64,000 nt of DNA from Planctomycetota bacterium (lineage in GTDB: Bacteria > Planctomycetota > UBA1135 > UBA2386): contig OZ245838.1 in assembly GCA_965228735.1 (NCBI GenBank), positions 5,728,001-5,792,000 on the forward strand, in the 5' to 3' direction. The notes under the pieces were generated by a model, which was given only the letters and a program-made list of their open reading frames with translations, was not told the origin of the DNA and made no database searches. Below, in pieces: positions 1 to 9,567 of this stretch; within the stretch, counting starts at the first letter, position 1; every line of letters starts with the position of its first letter. A program made the position numbers and the translations under genes.

Positions 1-780
1 CGCAGCGTCGAGAAGGACGTGGTCGTGCCGTTCGCCATGGTCGCGTGCACGCTCGGTGACGGCGGTCGCGCGGGGCGCGGGGATGCGAGCAGCAAGAAAC
101 CCGGCACGCGGGCCAAGTCCGCGGCGCTTTTGCGGCAGGCGCTGATCGAGGCGCGCGAGTATGTGAAGCAGCGCGAGAGCGACGAGAACGCGCCCGTCCA
201 GCTGCGCCACGAGGCGCTCGCCGCCGTGCTGCGGGGCGAAGCGCGATTGCTCGTGACCGCGCACCGCGCGCATGACATCACGACGACGCTGCGCATCGAG
301 CGCGAGTTCTCCATCCAGGTCGTGCTCGATGGCGTGGCCGAGGCGTATCTCTTGCTCGATGAACTCGCGGAACGCGGGCGCCCGGTCCTGCCGCACCCGC
401 CGATGGCGCGCACGCGGGGTGAGCTCGGCAACGCGACGATGGAGCTGCCGCGGCTGCTCGCCGAGAAGCAGGTGCCGTTCGCGATGCAGAGCGGGTTCGA
501 GAGCTACGTGCCGAAGTCGCGCGTCGTGCTGTTCGAGGCCGGCGTCGCGGTCGGCCAGGGCCTGACGGCGGAACGCGCGCTGCGGGCACTGACGATCGAC
601 GCCGCGCGGCTGCTCGGGATCGCGGAGCGCACGGGCTCGCTCGAGGTCGGCAAGGACGCCGACCTCGCGTGGTACGACGGTGACCCGTTCGAGTACACGA
701 CGAAGTGCCTCGGGGTCGCGATCGACGGGATCGAGTATCCGGGCGAAGCGCCGCTGCACGCGGCCGATCGCGGGCGCTGA
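1..780 (+). CDS. Amidohydrolase family protein (imidazolonepropionase-like), 5'-truncated
   Basis: Frame is open from position 1. C-terminal ALRALTIDAARLLG..RTGSLEVGKDADL motif is typical of the amidohydrolase superfamily. Confidence 0.85.
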   Translation, partial: RSVEKDVVVPFAMVACTLGDGGRAGRGDASSKKPGTRAKSAALLRQALIEAREYVKQRESDENAPVQLRHEALAAVLRGEARLLVTAHRAHDITTTLRIEREFSIQVVLDGVAEAYLLLDELAERGRPVLPHPPMARTRGELGNATMELPRLLAEKQVPFAMQSGFESYVPKSRVVLFEAGVAVGQGLTAERALRALTIDAARLLGIAERTGSLEVGKDADLAWYDGDPFEYTTKCLGVAIDGIEYPGEAPLHAADRGR

Positions 781-809
781 AGAAGAATCGAGAATCGGTG
801 CAACGTCGC

Positions 810-845
810 GGCCCCCTTCACGCTGGCCCCCGTTCACGCTGGCCC
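810..845. repeat. Short imperfect tandem repeat GGCCCCC(G)TTCACGCT x2 plus GGCCC
   Basis: Read directly: 810-824 and 825-840, intergenic. Confidence 0.6.
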
Positions 846-924
846 ACTGGCGGGGCTGGCACCGTCCCGGGCGAGGCCCGATGCTCTCGCGCGTACCCTG
901 TCACCGTTCCGGAGAACCCTACTC

Positions 925-1227
925 ATGCGAATCCGTTCCTGCGCTGCGGCGCTCGCCTTCACCCTCGTGGCCGCGACGTCGTCCGGTTGCGTCTACGCCG
1001 ACGTCACGAGTCCGCTCGACATCGACCTCAACCGTACCGAGCTGGGTTCCAAGACCGGAGAATCGAGTGCACACAGTGTGCTCTGGCTGGTGGCCTGGGG
1101 TGATTCCGGCACCAAGGCCGCGGCGGAGGACGGCGGCCTGAAGCAGATCAATCATGCGGATCGCAAGGTCTTCAGTCTGCTCTGGGGCCTGTACTCGCGC
1201 GTGACGACCGTGGCCTACGGGGAGTGA
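925..1227 (+). CDS. TRL-like family lipoprotein
   Basis: Signal peptide ending SSGC; K.GES.A.SVLWLVAWGD.G..AAA..GG...I.HAD...T.AYGE pattern of the TRL-like family. Confidence 0.8.
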   Translation: MRIRSCAAALAFTLVAATSSGCVYADVTSPLDIDLNRTELGSKTGESSAHSVLWLVAWGDSGTKAAAEDGGLKQINHADRKVFSLLWGLYSRVTTVAYGE

Positions 1228-1541
1228 TGCGGCGCCTTCTTCTGATCGCCGCGAGCTGCACGTTGCTGACGCTGCAGTCGAGCTGCGTTTCGGGGTGGGT
1301 GTTCCACCGCGTCGTCGAACCGCTGGACACGAACTTCAACGAGACGCCCGTCGGTGGCGACGCGAAGCGCGGCAGCACCAAGCGCGTCACGGTGCAGTAC
1401 GTCGATGTTCAATGGGACAGCAACGGCATCGGTGAGATCGGCAAGGAGCACGGGCTCGAGGAGGTCTACTTCGCCGACGTCGAGACGCTGCGGATCCTCG
1501 GGATCTGGCGCCAGCGTTGGGTCCACGTCTACGGCCGCTGA
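1227..1541 (+). CDS. Second TRL-like lipoprotein
   Basis: TGATG overlap with the previous gene; lipobox QSSC; PLDTNFNET, WDSNGIG..G...G, FAD and terminal VYGR parallel the first protein. Confidence 0.7.
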   Translation: MRRLLLIAASCTLLTLQSSCVSGWVFHRVVEPLDTNFNETPVGGDAKRGSTKRVTVQYVDVQWDSNGIGEIGKEHGLEEVYFADVETLRILGIWRQRWVHVYGR

Positions 1542-1609
1542 CCTCGCGCTGAGCGCCACTCTGGGGCGTCGGACTTGAAGTCCGGTGCCTGCCCCGTCAG
1601 AGTCCTGCC

Positions 1610-2692
1610 GTGAGCTTCGTCGCGACGGATCCGGTAGTGGAGTTCGCGCCAGCCATGCTGGCGCAAGGCGCCCCCGACGATGCGATCGACTGGACTTCGC
1701 TCGGGCCGTCAGCCATCGCGCTGGTCACCACGGTCGTGCTGGTCGCGGCCGTGCGCGCCATCCTGAAGCGCGTCCTGCGTTCGCCGAACCGCGAGTTCCA
1801 GGTCGCGGTGACGACGCTCGTGCTCACGATCCTGAGCATCGTCGTCGTCGGGCTCATGTTCGCGGCGGGCGCCGGTCTCGGGCGCGATGCGGTGCAGCTC
1901 ATGGGGGCCGTCGTCGTCGGCGTCCTCGGTCTGTCGTCCACGACGATCCTCGGCAACATGCTCGCGGGTGTGCAGCTGCGCGTCGTCGGCGCGTTCCGGA
2001 TCGGCGACTACCTGCGGGTCGGCAAGCTGTTCGGGAGGATCACGGAGCGCGGGTTGTTCCACGTCGAGATCCAGACCGAGGACAGCGATCTCGAGACGTT
2101 GCCCAACCTCTACCTCGTGAGCACGCCGTACCGCGTCGTGCACAAGAACGGCACGATCATCTCGGCGAACGTGTCGCTCGGCTACGATGTGCCGCGGAAG
2201 CGGATCGAGGCCTGCCTCAAGGAGGCGGTGAGGAAGACCGGCCTCGACGCGCCATTCGTGCACGTCGTCGAGCTCGGTGACTTCTCGGTCCTCTACCGCG
2301 CAGGCGGGTATTACGAGGACATTCGCGAGGTCCTGACGCGTCGGTCCAACCTGCGCTGCCGCATCATGGACGAGCTGTTCGCGGCAGACATCGAGATCGC
2401 ATCGCCGACGCTCATGAGCACGCGGGCCTACCAGCCCGAGCATCGCGTGATGCCGCCGGCGGTGGCGGCGTCGACCGACGACGAGGTCGACGACGATGAT
2501 CTGCCGATGGAGCGCGTCGCGTTCGACAAGGCCGACGAGGTCGAAACGATCGAGGGCGTGAAGGCGAGGATCGCCGAGGTCGAGAGCGCGATCGCTGCGA
2601 CCAAGGACGTGGACGAGGTCGACCGGCTGAAGGCCCGTCTCGAGCGCCTGCACGCGGCCAAGAAGGTGCTCGACGACCGTTTGAGCAAGTAG
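1610..2692 (+). CDS. MscS-family mechanosensitive ion channel
   Basis: Three hydrophobic helices, then GNMLAG..FRIGDYLRVGKLFGRITERGLFHVEIQT..LPN beta domain and SLGYD; coiled-coil tail. Start uncertain. Confidence 0.85.
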   Translation: MSFVATDPVVEFAPAMLAQGAPDDAIDWTSLGPSAIALVTTVVLVAAVRAILKRVLRSPNREFQVAVTTLVLTILSIVVVGLMFAAGAGLGRDAVQLMGAVVVGVLGLSSTTILGNMLAGVQLRVVGAFRIGDYLRVGKLFGRITERGLFHVEIQTEDSDLETLPNLYLVSTPYRVVHKNGTIISANVSLGYDVPRKRIEACLKEAVRKTGLDAPFVHVVELGDFSVLYRAGGYYEDIREVLTRRSNLRCRIMDELFAADIEIASPTLMSTRAYQPEHRVMPPAVAASTDDEVDDDDLPMERVAFDKADEVETIEGVKARIAEVESAIAATKDVDEVDRLKARLERLHAAKKVLDDRLSK

Positions 2693-2741
2693 TCGGTAGG
2701 GCGGCGGTGTGGGCGAGGGGTGCCGTTACACTCCGCCGCCG

Positions 2742-3575
2742 ATGGACTTCTTCTCGATCGACAACCTGCTCACCCTGCTGATGCTGACCCTGTTGCAGGC
2801 CGTGCTCGGCTTCGACAACCTGCTCTACATCTCCATGGAGAGCAAGCGCGTCGAGCCGCGTGACCAGCAGCGCGTGCGCCGCCTCGGCATCGGCATCGCG
2901 ATCGTGCTGCGCATCGTCTTGCTGTTCGTGCTGACGCAGGCGATCGGCTACTTCCAGGATGCGTTCTGGCACCTCGACACGAGCTGGGTGCACTTCGAGA
3001 TGAGCGGTCACGCGGTGATCGTGCTGCTCGGCGGCGGGTTCATCCTCTACACCGCGGTGAAGGAGATCTTCCACATGCTCACGCCGGTCGATCACGATGC
3101 GGACCTCGGCAACAAGGAACGCAGCACCGTGGCGAAGGCGGTCGCGATGATCGTGCTGATGAACCTCGTGTTCTCGTTCGACTCGATCCTCGGCGCGATC
3201 GCGCTCACCGACAACTTCGCGACGATGGCGGTCGCGGTCGTCATCTCCGGCATTCTGATGATCTGGCTCGCGGACCGGGTGTCGCGCTTCCTGCAGAAGA
3301 ACCGGATGTACGAGGTCCTCGGCCTGTTCGTGCTGTTGCTCGTCGGCGTCATGCTGCTCAGCGAGGGCGGCCACCTCGCGCACCTCGAGTTCTTCGGGTT
3401 CCCGATCGAGGCGATGTCGAAGTCGACGTTCTACTTCGTGATCGCCGTGCTCGTGCTCATCGACATCGTGCAGGGGCGCTACCAGCGCAAGCTGCTCGCG
3501 ATGCGCGAGGCGGCTGCCAAGACCCGGGAGGTCGCTGCCGCGGCGGAAGCCGCCGAGGCTGGCGGACCGGCCTGA
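2742..3575 (+). CDS. TerC family integral membrane protein
   Basis: LQAVLGFDNLLYI and MNLVFSFDSILGA TerC motifs; multiple TM helices. Confidence 0.9.
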   Translation: MDFFSIDNLLTLLMLTLLQAVLGFDNLLYISMESKRVEPRDQQRVRRLGIGIAIVLRIVLLFVLTQAIGYFQDAFWHLDTSWVHFEMSGHAVIVLLGGGFILYTAVKEIFHMLTPVDHDADLGNKERSTVAKAVAMIVLMNLVFSFDSILGAIALTDNFATMAVAVVISGILMIWLADRVSRFLQKNRMYEVLGLFVLLLVGVMLLSEGGHLAHLEFFGFPIEAMSKSTFYFVIAVLVLIDIVQGRYQRKLLAMREAAAKTREVAAAAEAAEAGGPA

Positions 3576-3660
3576 CGGGCGCGACTCCCGGGGCGGAACA
3601 CGCCGCGTGAGTTCGTCGGGGGGAGGATCCGGCCCGAGCGGGCGCTATTCTCCCTCGACG

Positions 3661-5502
3661 ATGACCACGCTCAGCGCTCGTCCGATTCTCGCCTTCGCTG
3701 CATTCGCCGCGGCTGCGGTGCCGCTCGCGGCCCAGGCCAAACCCGTCTTCGAGGACGGGCAGGCCCAGGTCGTCAAGGCCTTCGAGGACCGCACGTCCTG
3801 GATCCGCGAACGGTTGTGGGTCGAGACCGACTTCGACACGGACGGCGACGGCGACAAGGATCGGATGCACGTGAACGTGATCCGCATGCCGCAGACGGAG
3901 GACGGGCTGAAGGTGCCGGTCATCTACGAGACGAGCCCCTACTACGCCGGTGTCGCCGGCAACGCGGCCGACAAGTTCTGGGACCCCAAGCACGAGCTCG
4001 GCGCGGAGCCGCCGACGCGGGGGCCGTTGCCGTCGATCCGCCACCAGCCCGGTCGCGAGCGCATCTCCGGTGACGGTCTGGCGCGGCAGTGGGTGCCGCG
4101 CGGGTTCGCCGTCGTGCACTCCGAATCGCCCGGCACGGGCCTGTCGGAAGGCTGCCCGACGGTCGGCGGCGCCAACGAGGCGTATGCACCGAAGGCGGTC
4201 ATCGACTGGCTCAACGGCCGCGCCAAGGGCTACACCAAGCCCGACGGCGGCAAGGAGGTCGAGGCGACGTGGTGCACGGGCAAGGTCGGCATGACCGGCA
4301 CCTCCTACAACGGCACGCTGCCGATCGCGGCGGCGACGACCGGGGTCGAAGGGCTCGATGCGATCATTCCGATCGCGCCCAACACGTCGTACTGGCACTA
4401 CTACCGCAGCCACGGCCTCGTGCGGCACCCGGGCGGCTACATGGGCGAGGACATCGACGTCCTCTACGACTTCATCAACAGCGGTGACCCGAAGAAGCGG
4501 TCGTACTGCAACCAGAAGATCCGCGACGAGCTCTACGCGGAGAACATGGACCGCGTCACGGGCGACTACAACGAGTTCTGGGCCGGCCGCGACTACGGCA
4601 ATCAGCTGAGCAAGTACAGGACGCCGACGCTCATGGCGCACGCGTTCAACGATTGGAACGTGATGCCCGAGCACAGCGTGCGGATCTACGCGGCGCTCAA
4701 GCAGAAGGGCGTGCCCTGCATCGCGTATTTCCACCAGGGCGGTCACGGCGGGCCGCCGCCGTTCGAGCTGCAGAACAAGTGGTTCACCAAGTTCCTCTAC
4801 GGCGTCGACAACGACGTCGATCGCGGCAAGCGCGCGTGGATCGTGCGGGCCAAGGACGCCAACCGGCGCGGCTTCGGTGAGCCGACGCCCTATGACGACT
4901 ACCCCAACCCGAAGGCCGAGCCCGTGACGCTGCACCTGTCGGCGGGCGGTCGCAAGGTCGGCGGGCTCGGGCTCGTCGCGAAGCCCGACGCCGGGCCGGA
5001 GACGCTGGTCGACAACGTCAAGTTCCCGGGCCGCGTGCTCGTGAACGAGGCGGAGTCCGAGCACCGGCTGCTGTATCAGACGCCGGAGCTGCAGGCGCCG
5101 CTGCACATCTCGGGAACGGCGGAGATCACGATCCGGCTCGCGGCCAGCAAGCCGGCGTGCAACCTGTCGGTCTGGCTCGTGCAGTTGCCGTGGCAGAACC
5201 GGGCGCGAACGGTCGACAAGATCATCACGCGCGGCTGGGCCGATCCGCAGAATCGCAACTCGATGACGAAGAGCGAGCCGCTCGTGCCCGGTGAGTTCGT
5301 CGAGATGACGTTCACGCTGCAGCCCGACGATCAGGTCATCGAGAAAGGGCGGCGGATCGCGCTGATGATCTTCTCGAGCGACCGCGACTTCACGCTCTAC
5401 CCCGAAGCCGGCACCGAGCTGCGGGTCGACCTCGCGAAGACCACGCTGCGCCTGCCGATCGTCGGTGGGGCGGCGGCTGCGAAGGCGAGCCTCGGGCAGT
5501 AG
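3661..5502 (+). CDS. Xaa-Pro dipeptidyl-peptidase (S15, PepX-like), secreted
   Basis: Signal peptide; GMTGTSYNG nucleophile elbow; YETSPYY, DWNV and HQGGH motifs; C-terminal TRGWADPQN. Confidence 0.9.
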   Translation: MTTLSARPILAFAAFAAAAVPLAAQAKPVFEDGQAQVVKAFEDRTSWIRERLWVETDFDTDGDGDKDRMHVNVIRMPQTEDGLKVPVIYETSPYYAGVAGNAADKFWDPKHELGAEPPTRGPLPSIRHQPGRERISGDGLARQWVPRGFAVVHSESPGTGLSEGCPTVGGANEAYAPKAVIDWLNGRAKGYTKPDGGKEVEATWCTGKVGMTGTSYNGTLPIAAATTGVEGLDAIIPIAPNTSYWHYYRSHGLVRHPGGYMGEDIDVLYDFINSGDPKKRSYCNQKIRDELYAENMDRVTGDYNEFWAGRDYGNQLSKYRTPTLMAHAFNDWNVMPEHSVRIYAALKQKGVPCIAYFHQGGHGGPPPFELQNKWFTKFLYGVDNDVDRGKRAWIVRAKDANRRGFGEPTPYDDYPNPKAEPVTLHLSAGGRKVGGLGLVAKPDAGPETLVDNVKFPGRVLVNEAESEHRLLYQTPELQAPLHISGTAEITIRLAASKPACNLSVWLVQLPWQNRARTVDKIITRGWADPQNRNSMTKSEPLVPGEFVEMTFTLQPDDQVIEKGRRIALMIFSSDRDFTLYPEAGTELRVDLAKTTLRLPIVGGAAAAKASLGQ

Positions 5503-5535
5503 CGCCGCGTTTCCAAAGGCCGCAGACGCAGCGGC

Positions 5536-6978
5536 TCAGCGCGCCCGGACCTGGAACGTATGGGTCATGCCGGTCGGCTGACCGTTGCGATCGAGCACGA
5601 ACCAGACCAGATTGATCGGCTCGGGTCCGTTGCCGAGGAACGGGATCTGTAACTCGATGCTCTGCTTGTCGACGCCCCGGCCCGGCCGGCGGTCGACGGT
5701 GAGGATCGGGACCTGAACGCCGCTGACGCGGAGCTCGGCGCTGGCGTCGAACGGACTCGCGAAACCCTGCAGCGTCGCGCGGTAGCGGGTGAAGGTCGCG
5801 TTCTCCGGCCACCGCGTCTGGTGGAGGGAGAAGTGCAGCTCCGCGTTGCCCGGAGGTGTCAGCGGTGTGAGCAGGGCCGTGCGTTCGAGCCGGAGCTGGT
5901 GGTGAAACGGATTGAGGCCGTCGGCGCCCGGGTCGTCCGAGCACGATGTGACCACGCCCTGCTGACCCTTGGTGAGCCCGAGCGCGGTTTCGACGAAGCG
6001 CTCGCCGGCGATGTCCTTGAGCGGGCCGCGATAGGTCAACACCTGGCCGAGCGGCTCGAGCCGCCACGTGCCGCAGATCCAGACCTGCTCGTCGAGGTCG
6101 GCGTTGGCCGTGCTCAGCAGCACCTCGATGCCGTTCGTGCCGTAAGGATCCCCGATGAACTCCGGATCCATCACCGACAACGCATCGATGACCGTGTCGG
6201 GGTCCAGATCGAGGTCGTCCGCGTCCTTCCAGACCGTCGGTCCTGACCAGCCGGTGGAGTCGTGCCAGTGGTTCACGAAGATCGTCGATGGCTTCCGCCA
6301 GTTCGGACCACTCGATGGGCCCCAGCCGATGGGGATACTGTCGTAGGCCATCGGTCCGTTGGTCGTGACGAGCGTGAAGTAGAACGAGAACCGTGGCCCA
6401 CCCATGCTCTCGTCCGCGTCATCCGAATACGCCGTGGTCGCGCCGTAGCCCGAGATGTAGCTGTCGATCCCGCTCAGAGCGCCGATGCCGATCTCGGTGC
6501 CTTCGCGCACCTTCAGCACCTCGCCGACCTGGTCATCCGGAAAATAGGTGTCGCTGCCGGTCGCGACGTAGCTGAACACGTCGCCGTCGAGTCCGCCGCT
6601 GGTGGCGTCTTCTGCCGCGTAGATCGAGCCGGGGTCCCAGCCGGTGCCGGTCACGGAGAACAGGATGAACGACCAGCCACCGCTGTCGACCTCCAGGTGG
6701 ACGTGGTCCGGGTCGAGCATGCGGCTGAACGTCGCGCCCGTGCCGCGGCTGAAGCTGTTGACGCGGAGGTCGGCGCCCGATGGCAGCGGCACCATCGTCG
6801 CCAGGTTGAACCGACTGTCGACCTCCGGCATCGGCACGGGGCCCTCGTCGGCTTCCGAGTAGGTCATCTGGCTCGTGGTGGCGCTGGTGGCCGCGAGCGG
6901 GATGTCCATGAGGATGCCGGACGTCGGGATCGGATCCTGTTGGACGAGAACGAGAGCAGTCAGGGACAGAGTGAGCAT
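5536..6978 (-). CDS. Hypothetical secreted acidic protein
   Basis: 480-aa ORF with a short hydrophobic N-terminus, 9 bp downstream of the kinase; no family recognised. Confidence 0.7.
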   Translation of the reverse strand: MLTLSLTALVLVQQDPIPTSGILMDIPLAATSATTSQMTYSEADEGPVPMPEVDSRFNLATMVPLPSGADLRVNSFSRGTGATFSRMLDPDHVHLEVDSGGWSFILFSVTGTGWDPGSIYAAEDATSGGLDGDVFSYVATGSDTYFPDDQVGEVLKVREGTEIGIGALSGIDSYISGYGATTAYSDDADESMGGPRFSFYFTLVTTNGPMAYDSIPIGWGPSSGPNWRKPSTIFVNHWHDSTGWSGPTVWKDADDLDLDPDTVIDALSVMDPEFIGDPYGTNGIEVLLSTANADLDEQVWICGTWRLEPLGQVLTYRGPLKDIAGERFVETALGLTKGQQGVVTSCSDDPGADGLNPFHHQLRLERTALLTPLTPPGNAELHFSLHQTRWPENATFTRYRATLQGFASPFDASAELRVSGVQVPILTVDRRPGRGVDKQSIELQIPFLGNGPEPINLVWFVLDRNGQPTGMTHTFQVRAR

Positions 6979-6987
6979 CGTCGGTTT

Positions 6988-9567
6988 CTACTTGGGTGAA
7001 GTGTCGGATCGTTGGGCGAGCGTCTGGGCCTGCAACTCGAGCATCTCGGCCAGCGCCCGGCGCACGTCGGGGTCCGGCACGAGCGCGTCGGCGTTCTTCA
7101 CCGCGTTGGCCAGAGCCTGCATGTGCGCGGAACTCGTCGGTCGCTCGCGCAGGAGCTCGGCGAGCTTCTCGACGCGCTGTGCGGGCGTCGTTTCCACGAG
7201 CACGAGGAGCTCGATGTTCTGCGTGATGGTCCGGTGGTCGGCCGTGCCCGGGGCGACGGCAGCCAGCGCGGTGCGGTAGTGATCGAGCGCGATCGTCTCC
7301 GCCGCGAGGGCGTCCTCGAACCGGCCTTCGCCGAACAGCTGAAGGGCGCGCAGCGCCTCGATGAAGCCGCGGTAGAAGTCGCGATGCCACGGTTCGACGA
7401 GGTGACCGGAGCGCTCCATGCCGTCGATCGCCGCGACCGCCGCATCGAAGTCGCCGATCTGGGCGAGCAGTTCGGCGATCAGCGCGACGGCGTTGAGGTT
7501 CTGCGGCCGCAGGCGCTTGGCTGCGAGGATCAGGTCCAGCGCCGCGTCTGGCTGGCCCAGCTCCTTCCGGACGATCGCCAGGTTGAAGTTGGTGCCGAAC
7601 GCCGCGGGGCAGAGCTGGAGCGCGAGCGCGAGGGCCGTCTCCGCACCTTCGTAATCGCGGAGGTCGAGCAGCGCCGAGCCGCGGTAGTAGAGATTCCGGG
7701 CGGTCGCGCAGCCCTGTTCCCGTTCGAGCAGCTCGCTTTCGACGAGCAGTCGCGTGAGGAGCGTGCGGTCGCCGTTCTCGAAGAACGCGGCCTTGCCGCG
7801 GCCCTTCAGCAATCCGAGCCGGATGTTGCGCGCGTGGACGCCGGTCGCGGGTTCGAGGGCCTGCATCGCGGCCTCGGTCTTGCGAGCGCGATACAGCTGG
7901 AATCCGAGCACGACGCGGTCCGCTTCCGTCTGCGGTGCGGGCAGGTCGTCGAGATCGAGCCCGAGCACGCCGGGGCGCGTGGTGTCGACCGCCTCGTAGC
8001 GCCGCAAGAACGCGCGCAGGAACGGCGATTCGTGGCGTTCGACGATCCAGCGAATGTCGGCGGTGCTGTCGTCGACGCTGTCGCGACCCCCGCGATCGAG
8101 CAGCAGCGCGGAGCGCAGCAGGCGAGCGAACAGATCGTCGGGCCGAAGCTGCAGGATCGTACTCAGCTGCGCGAGGTAGCCCTCGCGTTCGTCGGCATCC
8201 AGTCGAGGGCGGAGCTCGAACGAACCCTCGAACGCCATCGCCGGCGCGAGCGCGCTGATCCCGTCCTGGTAGCGCTCCTCCCGCGCGGCAGCTTCCGCAC
8301 GGGCAACGCTGCCGGCGTGGCTCACGACGGGAATCGTGACCGCGACGGCGAGCAAGACGAGCAGCATGGCGACGGCAGGTGCCGGACGTCGGCGCACGGC
8401 GCGCAGCCAGCGCGTCGGTCGGCTGATCGGCCGCGCCCGCACCGGCAGCTGCTCGGTCAGCGCCTGCAGGTCGTCGGCGAGCTGCCGCATCGTGCCGTAG
8501 CGCCGCCGCGGATCGCGCTCGAGCCCCTTCTCGATCACCGCGCAGAGGTCCCGCGACAGCTCGGGGCGGACCCGGGCCGGGGGCGCGGGCTCCGTGGTCG
8601 CGAGCTGTCGCAGCACGTCGTCGTAGTCGCCCTCGTACGGCGGGCGCAACGTCGCGAGGTGATAGAGCGTCGCGCACAGTCCGTACACGTCGACCTGTTC
8701 GGTCAGCTCGCCGCGGCTGCCGACCTGTTCGGGCGCCATGTACCACGGCGACCCGACCGTCGATCCCTGCGCCGTCAGGGCGCCATCGCCGGCCTTCGCG
8801 GCGATGCCGAAGTCGAGCAGGATCGCGTTTCCTTCCCCATCCACAAAGATGTTGGTTGGTTTCACGTCGCGGTGCATCACGCCGGCAGCGTGGGCCGCTT
8901 CCAGCGCGGACGCCACCTGGCGGCACCAGTGCACGACCTGCGGCAGGTAACCGAGGCCGCGAGCTTCGAGGTCGAAGTGCCGCCGCAGCCAGCCGCTGTC
9001 GAGGCGTCGGCCGATCGATGCGGCGTCCGTCGCGGGCCGGGCCACGTGCGAGTCCGTCGCGTCCATCTCCGCCTGCTGGAGGATCGCGGACAGCGGCACG
9101 CCGACCAGGTGCTCCATCACGATGTAGTGCAGCCCCTCGGGCGACCGCCCGTGGTCGTACACGTCGACGATGTGTCGGTGGCGCAAGGACGCGAGCACGC
9201 GAGCTTCGCGTTCGAAGCGTTCGTGGCGGGACTGGCTCGCGAAGAGACCGTTCTGCAGGAGCTTGGCCGCGACCGCGCGGCGCAGCGTGCGGTCCGTCGC
9301 GCGGTAGACCGAGCCCATGGCCCCGATCCCGATGCAGTCGTGCAGTTCGTAGCGGTCGTCGAGCACCGAGCCGGTGAGCGGATCTGCGAACGTCGCCGCT
9401 TCACCGTCGGCGGTAGGGGCGTCGATCACGGCGTCGATCCGCAGCAGCCGCTCGACCTCGGGAATGAGCTCGGGGTGATCGGCGCAGATCATGGTCAGGT
9501 CGACCGCACGGCCGGCGGCGCGGTCCTCGAGGGCGCGCGCCACGTACTGCTCGACGCGGTCATCCAT
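6988..9567 (-). CDS. Hanks-type Ser/Thr protein kinase with TM helix and TPR-like C-terminus
   Basis: IGIGAMGSVY, VAAK, HRDVKPTN, DFG, GSPWYMAPEQ, DVYGL; hydrophobic segment AVAMLLVLLAVAVTIPVV; helical repeats after it. Confidence 0.93.
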   Translation of the reverse strand: MDDRVEQYVARALEDRAAGRAVDLTMICADHPELIPEVERLLRIDAVIDAPTADGEAATFADPLTGSVLDDRYELHDCIGIGAMGSVYRATDRTLRRAVAAKLLQNGLFASQSRHERFEREARVLASLRHRHIVDVYDHGRSPEGLHYIVMEHLVGVPLSAILQQAEMDATDSHVARPATDAASIGRRLDSGWLRRHFDLEARGLGYLPQVVHWCRQVASALEAAHAAGVMHRDVKPTNIFVDGEGNAILLDFGIAAKAGDGALTAQGSTVGSPWYMAPEQVGSRGELTEQVDVYGLCATLYHLATLRPPYEGDYDDVLRQLATTEPAPPARVRPELSRDLCAVIEKGLERDPRRRYGTMRQLADDLQALTEQLPVRARPISRPTRWLRAVRRRPAPAVAMLLVLLAVAVTIPVVSHAGSVARAEAAAREERYQDGISALAPAMAFEGSFELRPRLDADEREGYLAQLSTILQLRPDDLFARLLRSALLLDRGGRDSVDDSTADIRWIVERHESPFLRAFLRRYEAVDTTRPGVLGLDLDDLPAPQTEADRVVLGFQLYRARKTEAAMQALEPATGVHARNIRLGLLKGRGKAAFFENGDRTLLTRLLVESELLEREQGCATARNLYYRGSALLDLRDYEGAETALALALQLCPAAFGTNFNLAIVRKELGQPDAALDLILAAKRLRPQNLNAVALIAELLAQIGDFDAAVAAIDGMERSGHLVEPWHRDFYRGFIEALRALQLFGEGRFEDALAAETIALDHYRTALAAVAPGTADHRTITQNIELLVLVETTPAQRVEKLAELLRERPTSSAHMQALANAVKNADALVPDPDVRRALAEMLELQAQTLAQRSDTSPK

